From: Malacoraja senta | Lineage: Eukaryota | DNA length: 64,000 nucleotides | NCBI GenBank assembly: GCA_038087875.1 | Contig: CM075997.1 | Location: forward strand, 7,008,001 to 7,072,000 | Direction of reading: 5' to 3' | Shown: positions 1 to 12,119 of the stretch, in pieces | Layout of the letters: each line of letters begins with the position of its first letter | Position numbering within the stretch: position 1 is the first letter of the stretch | Program-made: the position numbers and the translations under genes | The notes under the pieces: generated by a model | What the model was told of the DNA's origin: nothing | What the model saw: only the letters and a program-made list of their open reading frames with translations | Database searches by the model: none

Positions 1-1657
1 TCAGACATTACAAATTTTATATGGGATTACAAATCCCACAGAATACAAAGAACACACCTTAACAAACGAAAAGAGTTGGGGGGTCTAGCGCTCCCTAACT
101 TTATGTATTATAACTGGGCAGTAAATATTAAAAATATGATTCACCTGCTGGACAATTCTGCCCAGCAGGTGGACTGGATTATAATGGAAAAAGGGGATTG
201 CTCCCCGAATAATATAGGAGCGATTATTCTCTCTCCAATAAATTTGAATAATAAAAATTATAATAAAAATCCAATTATATATAGCACTATTAGAACATGG
301 AAGCAAATAAAACAGAATCTAAAATTAAGAAACCTATCTCTCTTAATACCAATAGTCAATAACCCATCGTTTAAACCTTCAATCATAGATAAAGCATTTA
401 TACAATGGGAAAGAATGGGAATTAAAACGCTCGAAGATCTGTATGAATTAGAAAAATTACTATCATTCCAACAACTACAACTGAAATATAATTTGAAAAA
501 TAATCAATATTTTAAATATCTACAAATCTGTGACTATTTGAAAACACACACAAAAGATTATTATAATATGCCTTCCGACTTACTAGATGAAGCAATGAAG
601 ACAAAGGCGGAATCAGTTAATTTAATATCATACTTATATAATATCATCTTAAATATAGAAATACCCACAACAGATGGAATTAGAAGAGATTGGGAACAAG
701 ATCTAGGTATAAAAATTTCAAAAGAGAGTTGGGATAATCATTTATTACAGGTGCATAAATGCTCGATCAACGTACGACATACGCTTATCCAATTTAAAAC
801 ATTACATAGATTATATTATTCAAAAACCAAACTAAATAAAATCTTTCCTAACGTCTCACCAATCTGTGATAAATGTATATGTCAAGAAGCTACCATAGCA
901 CATTCTTTTGTTTTTTGTACAAAAATCCAAAAATTCTGGTTTGAAATATTTGATATTTTTTCAAAATTAATCAAAATAAAACTGGTACCAAAACCAGAAT
1001 GGATTATTTTTGGAATATCGGAAGGTATTCCTGAATTAAACGTGTATCAGAAGAATTTACTCAATTATGGGCTAATAATGGGAAAAAAGCTTATACTTAA
1101 ATTCTGGAAAAATGCGCCCACACCAACAATAAAAATGTGGACATCAAATATGTTGGAAACATTACATCTGGAAGAGATGAGATTCCTCCTAGTAGGCAAA
1201 GTAGATCAATTTCAAAAGACGTGGTCTACGTTTTTGGACCTATTACAAGCATGAGGTGCAATAGTAATTTAGAAAAACAAATAAATAAATAAAAGGTATC
1301 TGGACCTGGTAATGGGAGGTAAAATAAAAACAGACTTGGTTGGTAGTTCCTTCTCTATGAAGTATGGTATAAGAGTTATAATAGAGCGATTGTTCCTTCT
1401 TTCTTTCTCTTTTTTTTTCTAGGGTCTATTTTCTAACTTTACTTCCTTCTCTAACTTCTTTTCTAAGGGGCTTTCTTTTCCCAACACTCTTTTGCACCTC
1501 ACAACCTTTGCGCACTTTCTTCACTTTTCTTACTTCTTTCTTTTTCTTTCTTAAAGTTTAAAAAAGTGAAGCGGTACAAAAAATGTATTAATATATACGT
1601 GTTGTACATTACTGTAATCTACCGTACTTCTAAAAAATAAAAAAAAATAAAAAAAAA
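1..1657 (+). mobile_element. L1-clade LINE 3' part: ORF2 C-terminus (open from window start to stop at 1254), 3'UTR and poly(A) tail
   Basis: ORF 76-1254 has GGLALPNF, the cysteine-rich motif CDKC..ATIAHSFVFC and a W..FL terminus typical of L1 ORF2; T-rich 3'UTR; A-rich tail 1632-1657. Confidence 0.92.
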
Positions 1658-2257
1658 GTAATACAAAAAGTTCGGAAGTGAAAGTCCCCCGACCTCTTTT
1701 GGTTTACATAAGTGTTTATTTTTAATTCTGTGTGATCTATAATCCCAAATAAAATGAGTAATATTAGAGTCTAATTTTTTTTTTAAATTGGGTATATATA
1801 ATGATATAGATTGAAATAGGTATAATAATTGTGGTAGAAAGATCATTTTTATAGCGTTTATTCTACCTATTAATGATAAGGGAAGTGTTTTCCAGAATTT
1901 AATCGTGTTGAGTTTATTTAATAAAGGCATAAAATTAGCGTTAAATAATGCTTTATATTTTCTAATAATTTGAATACCCAAATACTTAAATTTTTCTGTT
2001 GCAATTTTAAAGGGGAATTTCAATAAGTGTGTAGATTCTTAAGGTTTTAACGTCATGATTTCACTTTTATTCCAGTTTATTCTATATCCAGAAAAGGACC
2101 AGACTTCCTCTATTAAATTCAATAAATTTTGTATGCTCGTTTGTGAATGTGTAATATATAAAGGTATATCGTCTGCATATAATGACATTTTATAATTGGA
2201 GTCCCTAGTATTGTATCCCTGGATATTCGGATGAATTATTATACTTTCAGCCAGGGT
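1658..2257 (-). mobile_element. Second, diverged L1 ORF2 fragment (reverse transcriptase), frameshifted
   Basis: Minus-strand peptides SLYADDIPLY, FSGYRINWNKS, FKYLGI, LSLIGRINAIKMIFLPQLLYLFQ and GGLSLPNFLYY; ends at the poly(A) of the first L1. Confidence 0.9.
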
Positions 2258-2937
2258 GCAGAACATTGTCTTAATTTTCCCCATAGCCTTTTTTATATTC
2301 CATAATAAATCCCTTAAACCAACTTGTTGTTAGAAACGGTCTCATGGTCCTGAGGTATGAATGCACCATAATAAATAAGATCATCAAAATTGGTAAAAAT
2401 GTATGACGATAATCAAAAGAAAATGGGAGGAATCACACTATGTAGTTGGAATATAAGGGGTATTAATGAACCTATTAAGAGGGGCAAGATACTAGCTCAG
2501 TTGAAATCATACAACACGGACATTTCGTTTCTACAGGAAACGCATCTTAAACATCAAGATCAGACGAGACTGAGGGCGAACTGGATTGGACAAACATTTC
2601 ACTCTTCATTCACCTCCAAATCTAGAGGTACTGCAATCATCATTCGTAAAGGAATTCCATTTAAATCAAAGAATACTATTTTAGATAAGGAAGGGAGATA
2701 CCTTATAGTAGCAGGAGAGATCAATAATACGCCAATTACGCTGGTAAACATATACGCGCCCAATTTCGTTAACCCTCAATTTTTAAATAAAATTCTGAAT
2801 ATAATTGCAGAATTTAATTATCAAAATGTTATAATTGGAGGAGACTTTAACTGTGTTTTAGACCCTTATCTAGATAAATCGATGCAAAAACAAAAAGGTA
2901 ATATGAAATCTAAAACCAGTGAACTTTTATATACATA
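2258..2937 (+). mobile_element. L1 inter-ORF region and ORF2 N-terminal APE endonuclease fragment, truncated by Helitron
   Basis: ORF 2390-2941 has SWNIRG, FLQETHL, NIYAPN and IIGGDFN APE motifs; cut off by CTAG at 2938. Confidence 0.92.
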
Positions 2938-5900
2938 CTAGACCAAGTGCAGACCCGTTGGGTCTGGACACCGAACGTGCGTTTGCGGGTGCGGGGGGGG
3001 GGGTGCTGTGGCGTCACAGTAACCACCCCCTTTGCTCCAAAGCACGGTTGCGGGGTGGGAATCTGGCACCCACGAACACACACACTCATAACAACCCTTG
3101 ATATTATCTTAATTTTTTAATTTGCTTCTTTTATCCCATCTCCACCCTATCCACTGACGAATAGCCCTCACCTCTCAGGTGCGTCTAGAGGGGGGGGCAG
3201 AGAGTGAAAATTTAATGTTAGAATTAAAAAAATTGAAGAGGGGGAGGAGGAGGGTGGAGAGGAAGGGGGGAGAGGAAGGGGGAGAGAGGAAGGGGTGCGA
3301 GGAAGGGGGATAGAGAGGAGGGTGTGGAGCGAGTAAGGAGAGGATGTTGGAGATAGGTGAAGAGGGGTGTTTTGAGCTGGTGTTCATGAGTTAAGCTGCG
3401 GGCTGTGAAGAGAGAAGGGCAGAGAGAGAGAGAGAGGGGAGAGACAGAGAGACTGGTACACCCAAAAAAGGTGGTGAAATTCAGCGGGTGCAGCAGCATC
3501 TATGGAGCGAAGGAAATAGGCAATGTTTGTGGCCGAAACCCATCTTCAGACGTGTTTTGTTATGAACATTGCCTATTTCCTTCGATCCAAAGATGCTGCT
3601 GCACCCGCTGAGTTTATACTTCATTTTTTTGTTTCCCTTGCGTTTGGGGGGGGGGTGGGCTGCGGCTGCGGCATCACACTCACACTAACCACCCCCCAAA
3701 CACGCAGGCGGGGGGGGGGGGGGTGGGGGAGAGGGAGACGGGGTTGGGGAGAGGAGGGGAGGGGGAGAGAAGGAGACGGGGTGGGGAGAGAAGAGGGGAG
3801 GGAGGGGAGGGAAGAGGGGGACGGAGGGGAGAGGGGGAGGAGGAAAGGGGAGAGATTGGAGAGGGAGAGGAGATCAGGGTGGGTGAGAGGGAGGGTGAGG
3901 AGAGTTTGGAGTGGGAGGAGAGCGGGGAGGGCAGGAAGGGGGGAGAGGGGGGGAGGGGATGAGGGGAAGGGGAGAGGAGTAGGGGGAAGAGAGGGAGAGA
4001 GGGAGGGTGGAGGGAGAGAGGTGGGGAGGGAGAGGGGAAGAGTGGGGAGTGCAGACCAAGTGCAGACCCGTTGGGTCTGGACACCGAACGTGCGTTTGGG
4101 GCGGGGGGCTGTGACGTCCACTAACCACCCGTTGTGTCTGTACCTCCAAAGCAGGGTTGCGGGGTGTGAATCTGGCACCCACAAACACACACACTCATCA
4201 CACCCCTTGATATTATATTAATATTTTAAAGACGGAGAGACTGTTGGCGGGCTGTTTTCCCAACGCGCGTTTGCGGGAGGGGGGGTGGGCTGCGGCATCA
4301 CACTCACACTAACCACCCCCAAACACACTCGGGAGGATGGGGGGAGGGGGGGAAGGAAGACGGGGTGGGGAGAGAAGAGGGGAGAGAGAGATGGGGTGGG
4401 GAGAGAAGAGGAGAGGGGGAGGGAGGGTGGTGAGGAAGGGGGAGAGAGGAGAGGGGTGGCGAGAGGAAAGAGAGGATGGGGAGAGAGGTGAAGGGGGGGG
4501 GGGGTTGGAGCGGGCGTGCATGGGTCGAGTCGCGGGCTGTGAGGGAGAGAAGGGCGAGAGAGAAGGGAGAGAGTGAAAGGAGAGAGAGAAGTGGGAGAGA
4601 GAGAAGGGAGAGAGAGAGAGAGAGAGAGAGGGAGGGAGAATGGAGAGAGAGAGATAAGGGAGAGAGAGAAGGGAGAGAGAGAGAAGGGAGAGAGAGAAAG
4701 GTGAGGGAGAGAATGGGGAGAGAGAGAATGGGGAGAGAGAGAGAGAGAGACCAAGTGCAGACCCGTTGAGTCTGGACACCGAATGTGCGTTTGCGGGTGG
4801 GGGGGGGGGGGGTGCTGTGGCGTCACACTAACCACCCCCTTTCCTCCAAAGCACGGTTGCGGGGTGGCAATTTGGCACCCACAAACACACACACTCATCA
4901 CAACCCTTTTAATTTGCTTCTTTTATCCCATCTCCACCCTATCCATTGACGAATAGCCCTCAGCTCTCAGGTGCGTCTAGAGGGGGGGGCAGAGAGAGAA
5001 AATTTAATGTTAGAATTAAAAAAAATTGAAGAGGGGGAGGAGGATTGTGGAGAGGAAGGGGGGAGAGGAAGGGGGAGAGAGGAAGGGGGGAGAGGAAGGG
5101 GGATAGAGAGGAGGGTGTGGAGAGAGGAAGGAGAGGATGTGGGAGATAGATGAAGGGGGGGGGGTTTGAACGGGTGTTCATGAGTTGAGCTGCGGGCTGT
5201 GAAGAGAGAAGGGCAGAGAGAGAGAGAGGGGACAGACAGAGAGACTGGTACACCATAAAAAGCTGGTGAAACTCAGCGTGTGCAGCAGCATCTATGGAGC
5301 GAAGGAAATGGGCAACGTTTTGGGTCGAAGCCCATCCTCAGACTGGTTTTCTACCGAAACGTTGCCTATTTCCTTCGATCCATAGATGCTGCTGCACCCG
5401 CTGATGATATACAGGTTTTTTTGTGTACCTTCGATTTTCCAGCATCTGCAGTTCCGTCTTAAAGACAGAGAGACTGTTGGCGGACTGTTTTCCCAACGCG
5501 CGTTTGCGGGAGGGGGGGTGGGCTGCGGCATCACACTAACACTAATCACCCCCCAAACTCACACTAACCACCCCCAAACACACTCGGGGGGGGTGGGGTG
5601 AGGGGGGGTAGAGGAAGACGGGGTGGGGAGAGAAGAGGGGAGAGGAAGACGGGGTGGGGAGAGAAGAGGAGAGGGGGACGGAGGGTGGAGAGGAAGGGGG
5701 AGAGAGGAAAGAGAGGATGGGGGAGAGAGGTGAAGGGGGGGGGGGTTGGAGCGTGCGTGCATGAGTCGAGCCGCGGGCTGTGAAGAGAGAAGGGCAGAGA
5801 GAGAGAGAGAGAGGGCAGAGACAGAGAGACTGGTACACAAAAAAAAGCTTGAGAAACACAGCGGGTGCAGCAGCATCTATTGAGCGAAGGAAATAGGCAA

Positions 5901-7532
5901 CGCTTTGGGCCGAAGCCCATCCTCAGACTGGTTTTCTACCGAAACGTTGCCTATTTCCTTCGATCCATAGATGCTGCTGCACCCGCTGATGATATACAGT
6001 TTTTTTTGTGTACCTTCGATTTTCCAGCATCTGCAGTTCCGTCTTAAAGACAGAGGGACTGTTGGCGGGCTGTTTTCCCAACGCGCGTTTGCGGGAGGGG
6101 GGGCTTCGGCATCACACTCACACTAACCACCCCCCAAACTCACAGTAACCACCCCCAAACACACTCGGGGGGAGGGGCAGAGAAGAGGGGAGAGGGAGAC
6201 GGGGTGGGGAGAGAAGAGGACAGGGGGAGGGAGGGGAGAGGGGGAAGAGGAAAGGGGAGAGATTGGGGAGGGAGAGGAGATCAGGGTGGGTGAGAGGGAG
6301 GGGGAGGAGAGCTTGGAGTGGGAGGAGAGCGGGGAGGGCAGGAAGGGGGGAGAGAGGGGGAGGGGATGAGGGGAAGGGGAGAGGAGAAGGGGAAGAGAGG
6401 GAGAGAGGGAGGGGGAGGGAGAGAGGTGGGAACAGTGGGGAGTGAGGGGCAGAGGGGTAGCAGCGAGTGGTGCAAGAGAGAGGTGAAGGGGGTGGGTGGG
6501 ATATGGGGGTGAATAGGGGTGGTGAAGGGGGAAGGGAGGGGGTGGGAGTGGAGGGAGGGGGAGAGGAGAGAGGGGGAAGAGTGGGGAGGGAGAGTTGAAG
6601 TAGGAGGGGTAGGGACAGTCCATCTGTTTCCCATTCCCTATCACCCCCAATCCTCTTTCTCTATTGCCACACACGTGACGACGCCCTTCGACACAGGCTG
6701 CGGGGGTGGAGGGGAGGGGCTGGGGCTGGGGCTGCTGCAAAGGCATATGTACATTGGTCCATTCCGATTGGACATCTTTGAGCATTGGGCATTGTGACAT
6801 CACAAAACGGAACCTTCATTTACATTCTATTGCTGAGAGCTGTTTTTTTAAACATTTTGAAATTTCCCCATTCCCTATCCCCCCCACACACGTGGCGACG
6901 CCCTTCGACACAGGTTGCGGGGTTGGGGGGGGGTGCTGGGGCTGGGGCTGCTGCAAAGGCATATGTAAACGGATTCATTCCGATTTGTCACACGTGTCGC
7001 AGGGCGTCGCCACGTGTGTCGGGGTGATAGGGAATGGGGACATTTCAAAATGTTAAACAAACAGCTCTCAGCAATAGAATGTAAATGAAGGTTCCGTTTT
7101 GTGATGTCACAATGCCCAACTCTGCGGGGGTTGGGGGGGAGGGGCCGGGGCTGGGGCCGCTGCAAAGGCATATGTAAATGGATCCATTCCGATTGGACAT
7201 CTGTGACCATTGTGCATTGTGACACCACACAACGGAATCTTTACTAACATTCTACGGCTGAGCTGTTTTTGTAAACATTTTGAAATGTTTGGTTTGGGGG
7301 GGGGAGGTATTTTATTTTAAAAAGCGTACATAAACACGACCGAATTTAATCGGGATCGTCTATTCGTAAAGATAAACGTAACCTCTTTAGAATGGTAAAA
7401 AAAATATCGGCGTTTCCGCGCGCCGCGCGGGCGCGGGTCGGTATCAAAGGCGGCACAGGTCAAGCAGAACGTTGGACGTACAGACGTGCAGACGTACAGA
7501 CGGACGACAGCCAGAGAGTTTTATATAATAGA
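2938..7532 (-). mobile_element. Non-autonomous Helitron, unit 1
   Basis: Minus strand starts TCTATTATATAAAACTCTC followed by GTCT/GTCC-type repeats; ends with hairpin CAGACCC-AAC-GGGTCTG (2950-2966) then CTAG followed by T; no Rep/helicase ORF. Confidence 0.85.
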
Positions 7533-10500
7533 CTAGACCAAGTGCATACCCGTTGGGTCTGGACACCGAACGTGCGTTTGCGGGGGGGGAGGGGCTGTGG
7601 CGTCACACTAACCAACCCCTTTCCTCCAAAGCACGTAATCCTGCACCCACAAACACACACACTCATCACACCCCTTGGTATTACATTAATTTTTTAATTT
7701 GCTTCTTTTATCCCATCTCCACCCTATCCACTGATGAATAGCCCTCACCTCGCAGGTGCGTCTAGAGGGGTGGGGCCGAGAGACAAAATGTAATGTTAAA
7801 AATTTGAAGTGATGGAGAATGGGGGAGAGAAAGGTGGGGAGAGAGGAGGGGGAGAGAGGAGAGGGTTGGAGAGAGGATGGAGAGGATGGGGGAGAAAGGT
7901 GAAGGGGTGGTTTGGAGCGGGCGTGCATGAGTTGAGCCGCGGGCTGTGAAGAGAGAAGGGCAGAGAGAGAGAGAGAGAGAGAGAGAGTGGAGAGAGTTGT
8001 ACACAAACAAAAGCTGGAGAAACACAGCGGGTGCAGCAGCATCTATGGAGCGAATGAAATAGGCAAAGCTTTGGGCCGAAGCCCATCCTCAGATGGTTTT
8101 TTTCCTGAAACGTTGCCTATTTCCATTGAGCCATAGATGCTATGCTGCTGCACCCGCTGAGGTTATACAAGGTTTTTTTTGTGTACCTTTGATTTTCCAG
8201 CATCTGCAGTTCCGTCTTAAAGACAGAGAGACTGTTGGTGGGCTGTTTTCCCAACGCGCGTTTGCCGGAGGGGGGGGGATGCGGCATCCACACACTAACC
8301 ACCCCCCAAACACACTCGGGGGGAGGGGGGAGAGGAAGACGGGGTGTGGAGAGAAGAGGAGAGGCGGAGGGAGGGTAGAGGGGGAGGAGGAAAGGGGAGA
8401 GATTGGTGAGGTTGAAGAGAGTAGGGTGGGGGAGAGGGAGGGGGAGGAGAGTGGGGAGTGGGAGGAGAGCGGGTAGGGCAGAGAGGGGGGGAGGGGATGA
8501 GGGGAAGGGGAGAGGAGTAGGGGAAGAGAGGGAGGGTGGAGGGAGAGAGGTGGGGAGGGAGAGGGGAGGAGTGGCGAGTGAGGGGTAGCGGGGAGTGGTG
8601 CAAGAGTGAGGGGAAGGGGGTGGGGGGGAGATGGGGGTGAAGATGGGTGGTGGAGGGGGAAGAGAGGGTGTGGGAGGGGAGGGGAGGGGAGGGAGGGGGA
8701 GAGGAGAGAGGGTGAAGAGTGGGGAGGGAGAGTTGAAGTAGGAGTGGTAGGGACAGTCCATCTGTTTCCCATTCCCTATCACCCCCAATCCTCTTTCTCT
8801 ATTGCCACACACGTGACGACGCCCTTCGACACAGTCTGCGGGGGTGGGGGGAGGGGCTGGGGCTGGGGCTGCTGCAAAGGCATATGTAAATGGGTCCATT
8901 TCGATTTGACATCTTTGAGCATTTGGCATTGTGACATCACAAAACGGAACTTCCATTAACATTCTATTGCTGAGAGCTGTTTAAGACGAAACTGCAGATG
9001 CTTGAAAATCAAAGGTACACAAGAAAAACCTGTATAACCTCAGCGGGTGCAGCAGCATCTATGGAGCGAAGGAAATAGGCAACGCTTTGGGCTGAAGCCC
9101 ATCCTTAGATGGGTTTTCTCCTGAAACGTTGCCTATTTCATTCGATTCATAGATGCTGCTGCACCCGCTGAGGTTATACAGGTTTTTCTTGTGTACCTTT
9201 GATTTTCCAGCATGTGCAGTTCCGTCTTGAAGACAGAGGGACTGTTGGCGGGCTGTTTTCCCAACGCGTGTTTGCGGGAAGGGGGGGGGGCTGCGGCATC
9301 ACACTCACACTAACCACCCCCCAAACTCACACTAACCACCCCCAAACACACTCGGGGGGAGGGGGGGAGAGGAAGACGGGGTGGGGAGAGAAGAGGGGAG
9401 AGGGAGACGGGGTGGGGAGAGAAGAGGAGAGGGGGAGGGAGGGGAGAGGGGGAGGAGGAAAGGGGAGAGATTGCTGAGGGAGAAGAGAGCAGGGTGGGGA
9501 GAGGGAAGGGGAGGAGAGTGGGGAGTGGGAGGAGAGCGGGGAGGGCAGGAAGGGGGGAGAGGGGGGAGGGGATGTTAGAGGTGGCGAGAGGGGATGAGGG
9601 GAAGGGGAGAGGAGTAGGGGGAAGAGAGGGAGAGAGGGAGGGGGGGGAGAGGGGAAGAGTGGTGAGTGAGGGGCAGAAGGGTAGCGGGTAGTGGTGCAAG
9701 AGAGAGGGGAAGGGGGTGGGGGCAGATGGGGGTGAAGAGGGGTGGTGGAGTGGGAAGAGAGGGTGTGGGAGGGGAGGGAGGGGGAGAGGAGAGAGGGTGA
9801 AGAGTGTGGAGGGAGAGTTGAAGTAGGAGGGGTAGGGTCAGTCCATCTGTTCCCCATTCCCTATCACCCCCAATCCTCTTTCTCTATTCACACACACGTG
9901 ACGACGCCCTTCGACACAGGCTGCGGGGGTGGGGGGGGAGGGGCTGGGGCTGGGGCTGCTGCCAAGGCATATGTAAATGAATCCATTCCGATTGGACATC
10001 TGTTAGCATCGGGCATTGTGACATCACACAACGGAATCTTTACTAACATTCTAAGGCTGAGCTGTTTTTTTAAACATTTTGAAATGTTTGGTTTGGGGCG
10101 GGGGGAGAGGTATTTTATTTTAAAAAGTGTGCATAAACACGACCAAATTTAATCAGGGTTGTCTATTCGTAAAGATAAACGTAATCACAGGCTGCGGGGG
10201 TGGGGGGGGGAGGGGCTTGGGCTGTGGCTGCTGCAAAGGCATATGTAAACGGATTCATTTCGATTTGTCACACGTGTCGCAGGGCGTCGCCACGTGTGTG
10301 GGGGTGATAGGGAATGGGGAAATTTCAAAATGTTAAACAAACAGCTCTCAGCAATAGAATGTAAATGAAGGTTCCGTTTTGTGATGTCACAATGCCCAAT
10401 GCTGCGGGGGGAGGGGCTGGGGCTGGGGCTGCCGCAAAGGCATATGTAAATGGATCCATTCCGATTGGACCTGTGACCATCGTGCATTGTGACATCACAC

Positions 10501-10799
10501 AACGGAATCTTTACTAACATTCTATGGCTGAGCTGTTTTTTAAAACATTTTGAAATGTTTGGTTTGGGGGGGGAGAGGTATTTTATTTTAAAAAGCGTAC
10601 ATAAACACGACCAAATTTAATCAGGATCATCTATTCGTAAAGATAAACGTAACCTCTTTAAAAACGGTAAAAAACTTCGGCGTTTCCGCGCGCCGCGCGG
10701 GCGCGGGGCGGTATCAAAGGCCGCGCGGCACAAGTCAATCAGTACGTTGGACGTACAGACGTACAGACGGACGACATCCAGAGAGTTTAATATAATAGA
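7533..10799 (-). mobile_element. Non-autonomous Helitron, unit 2, head-to-tail with units 1 and 3
   Basis: Plus-strand junctions TATAATAGA|CTAGACCAAGTGCA at 7532/7533 and 10799/10800; same termini as unit 1. Confidence 0.85.
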
Positions 10800-11290
10800 C
10801 TAGACCAAGTGCAGACCCGTTGGGTCTGGACACCGAACGTGCGTTTGCGGTTGGGGGGGGGGGGGTGCTGTGGCGTCACAGTAACCACCCCCTTTGCTCC
10901 AAAGCACGGTTGCGGAGTGGGAATCTGGCTCCCACGAACACACACACTCATAACAACCCTTGATATTATCTTAATTTTTTAATTTGCTTCTTTTATCCCA
11001 TCTCCACCCTATCCACTGACGAATAGCCTCACCTCTCAGGTGCGTCTAGAGGGGGGGGGGCAGAGAGTGAAAATTTAATGTTAGAATTAAAAAAATTGAA
11101 GAGGGGGAGGAGGAGGGTGGAGAGGAAGGGGGAGAGGAAGGGGAGAGAGGTAGGGGTGCGCGGAAGGGGGATAGAGAGGAGGGTGTGGAGAGAGTAAGGA
11201 GAGGATGTTGGAGATAGGTGAAGGGGGGGGTTTTGAGCTGGTGTTCATGAGTTAAGCTGCGGGCTGTGAAGAGAGAAGGGCAGAGAGAGA
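10800..11290 (-). mobile_element. Helitron unit 3, 3' end only
   Basis: Near-identical to 2938-3430 including hairpin and CTAG; ends at a SINE. Confidence 0.8.
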
Positions 11291-11291
11291 G

Positions 11292-11592
11292 GAAGCACAG
11301 TAGCGCAGCGGTGGAGTTGCTGCCTCACAGTGCCAGAGACCCAGGTTCGATCCTAACTACAGGTGCTGTCTGTACGGAGTTAGCACGTTCTCCCCGCGAC
11401 AGCGTGCGTTTCCTCCGGGTGCTCCGGTTTCCTCCCGCACTCCAAAGACGTGCAGGTTTGTAGGTTTATTGACTTCGGTTGTATATTGTCCCTCGTGTGT
11501 TGAGGATAGCGCGAGCGTACAAGGATGAATGGGTGACATCATGGCCTCGGTGGGCCGAAGGGCCTGCTTCCGCGCTGTATCTCCAACTAAAC
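11292..11592 (+). mobile_element. tRNA-derived SINE (HE1/V-SINE-like)
   Basis: Pol III-like head (TAGCGCAGCGG..GGTTCGATCC), central GGTTTCCTCCCGCACTCCAAAGAC domain, CR1-like tail GGGCCGAAGGGCCTG..GCTGTATCT. Confidence 0.85.
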
Positions 11593-11624
11593 CTTCTCCA
11601 AGGAGAACTGGTATTGTGCCACAC

Positions 11625-11980
11625 AGAGTCATAGATTCATACAGCTCGGAAACAGGCCGTTCGGCCCAACTTGCCCACACCGGCCAACATGCCTCATCTA
11701 CACTACTCAGACATATCTGCCTACATTTGGCCAATATCACTCTCAACCTGTCCTGTCCATGTATCTGTCGAAATGTTTCTTAAATGTTGCGATAGTCCCT
11801 GCCTCAACTACCTCCTCTGGCAGCTCGTTCCATACACCCACCACCCTTTGCGTATAAAAGTTACCCCTCAGGTTCCTTTTAAATCTCCCCCCCCTCCCTC
11901 ACGTTAAGTCTATGTCCTCTAGTTCTCCATTCCCCTACTCTGGGCAAGAGACTCTGTGCATCTACCCGATCTATTCCAGG
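11625..11980 (-). mobile_element. CR1-clade LINE 3' end
   Basis: Reverse complement matches the CR1 3' ORF2/UTR seen repeatedly in the window, with the same tail as the SINE. Confidence 0.75.
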
Positions 11981-12119
11981 GTTGACCTGATCTATTCCAA
12001 CCTGCAGCCTGCAGGTCGCCAGTATCTTGGATCCCCATGTTGGCATGTACACAAAGCCCAGGCCATCTGTGTTGTCATCTGCGTTTTATTCCAATTCTAG
12101 CTCGAGATTAGAGCACAGT

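Noticed and set aside
76..1254. Host protein-coding gene
   Set aside because: It is the C-terminus of L1 ORF2 running in from outside the window
3175..10152. Many Pro/Ser/Leu-rich and Gly/Arg/Glu-rich ORFs
   Set aside because: Artefacts of polypurine/polypyrimidine tracts that lack stop codons, inside the Helitron array
11292..11365. tRNA gene
   Set aside because: The A/B boxes are the head of a multi-copy SINE that continues into core and tail
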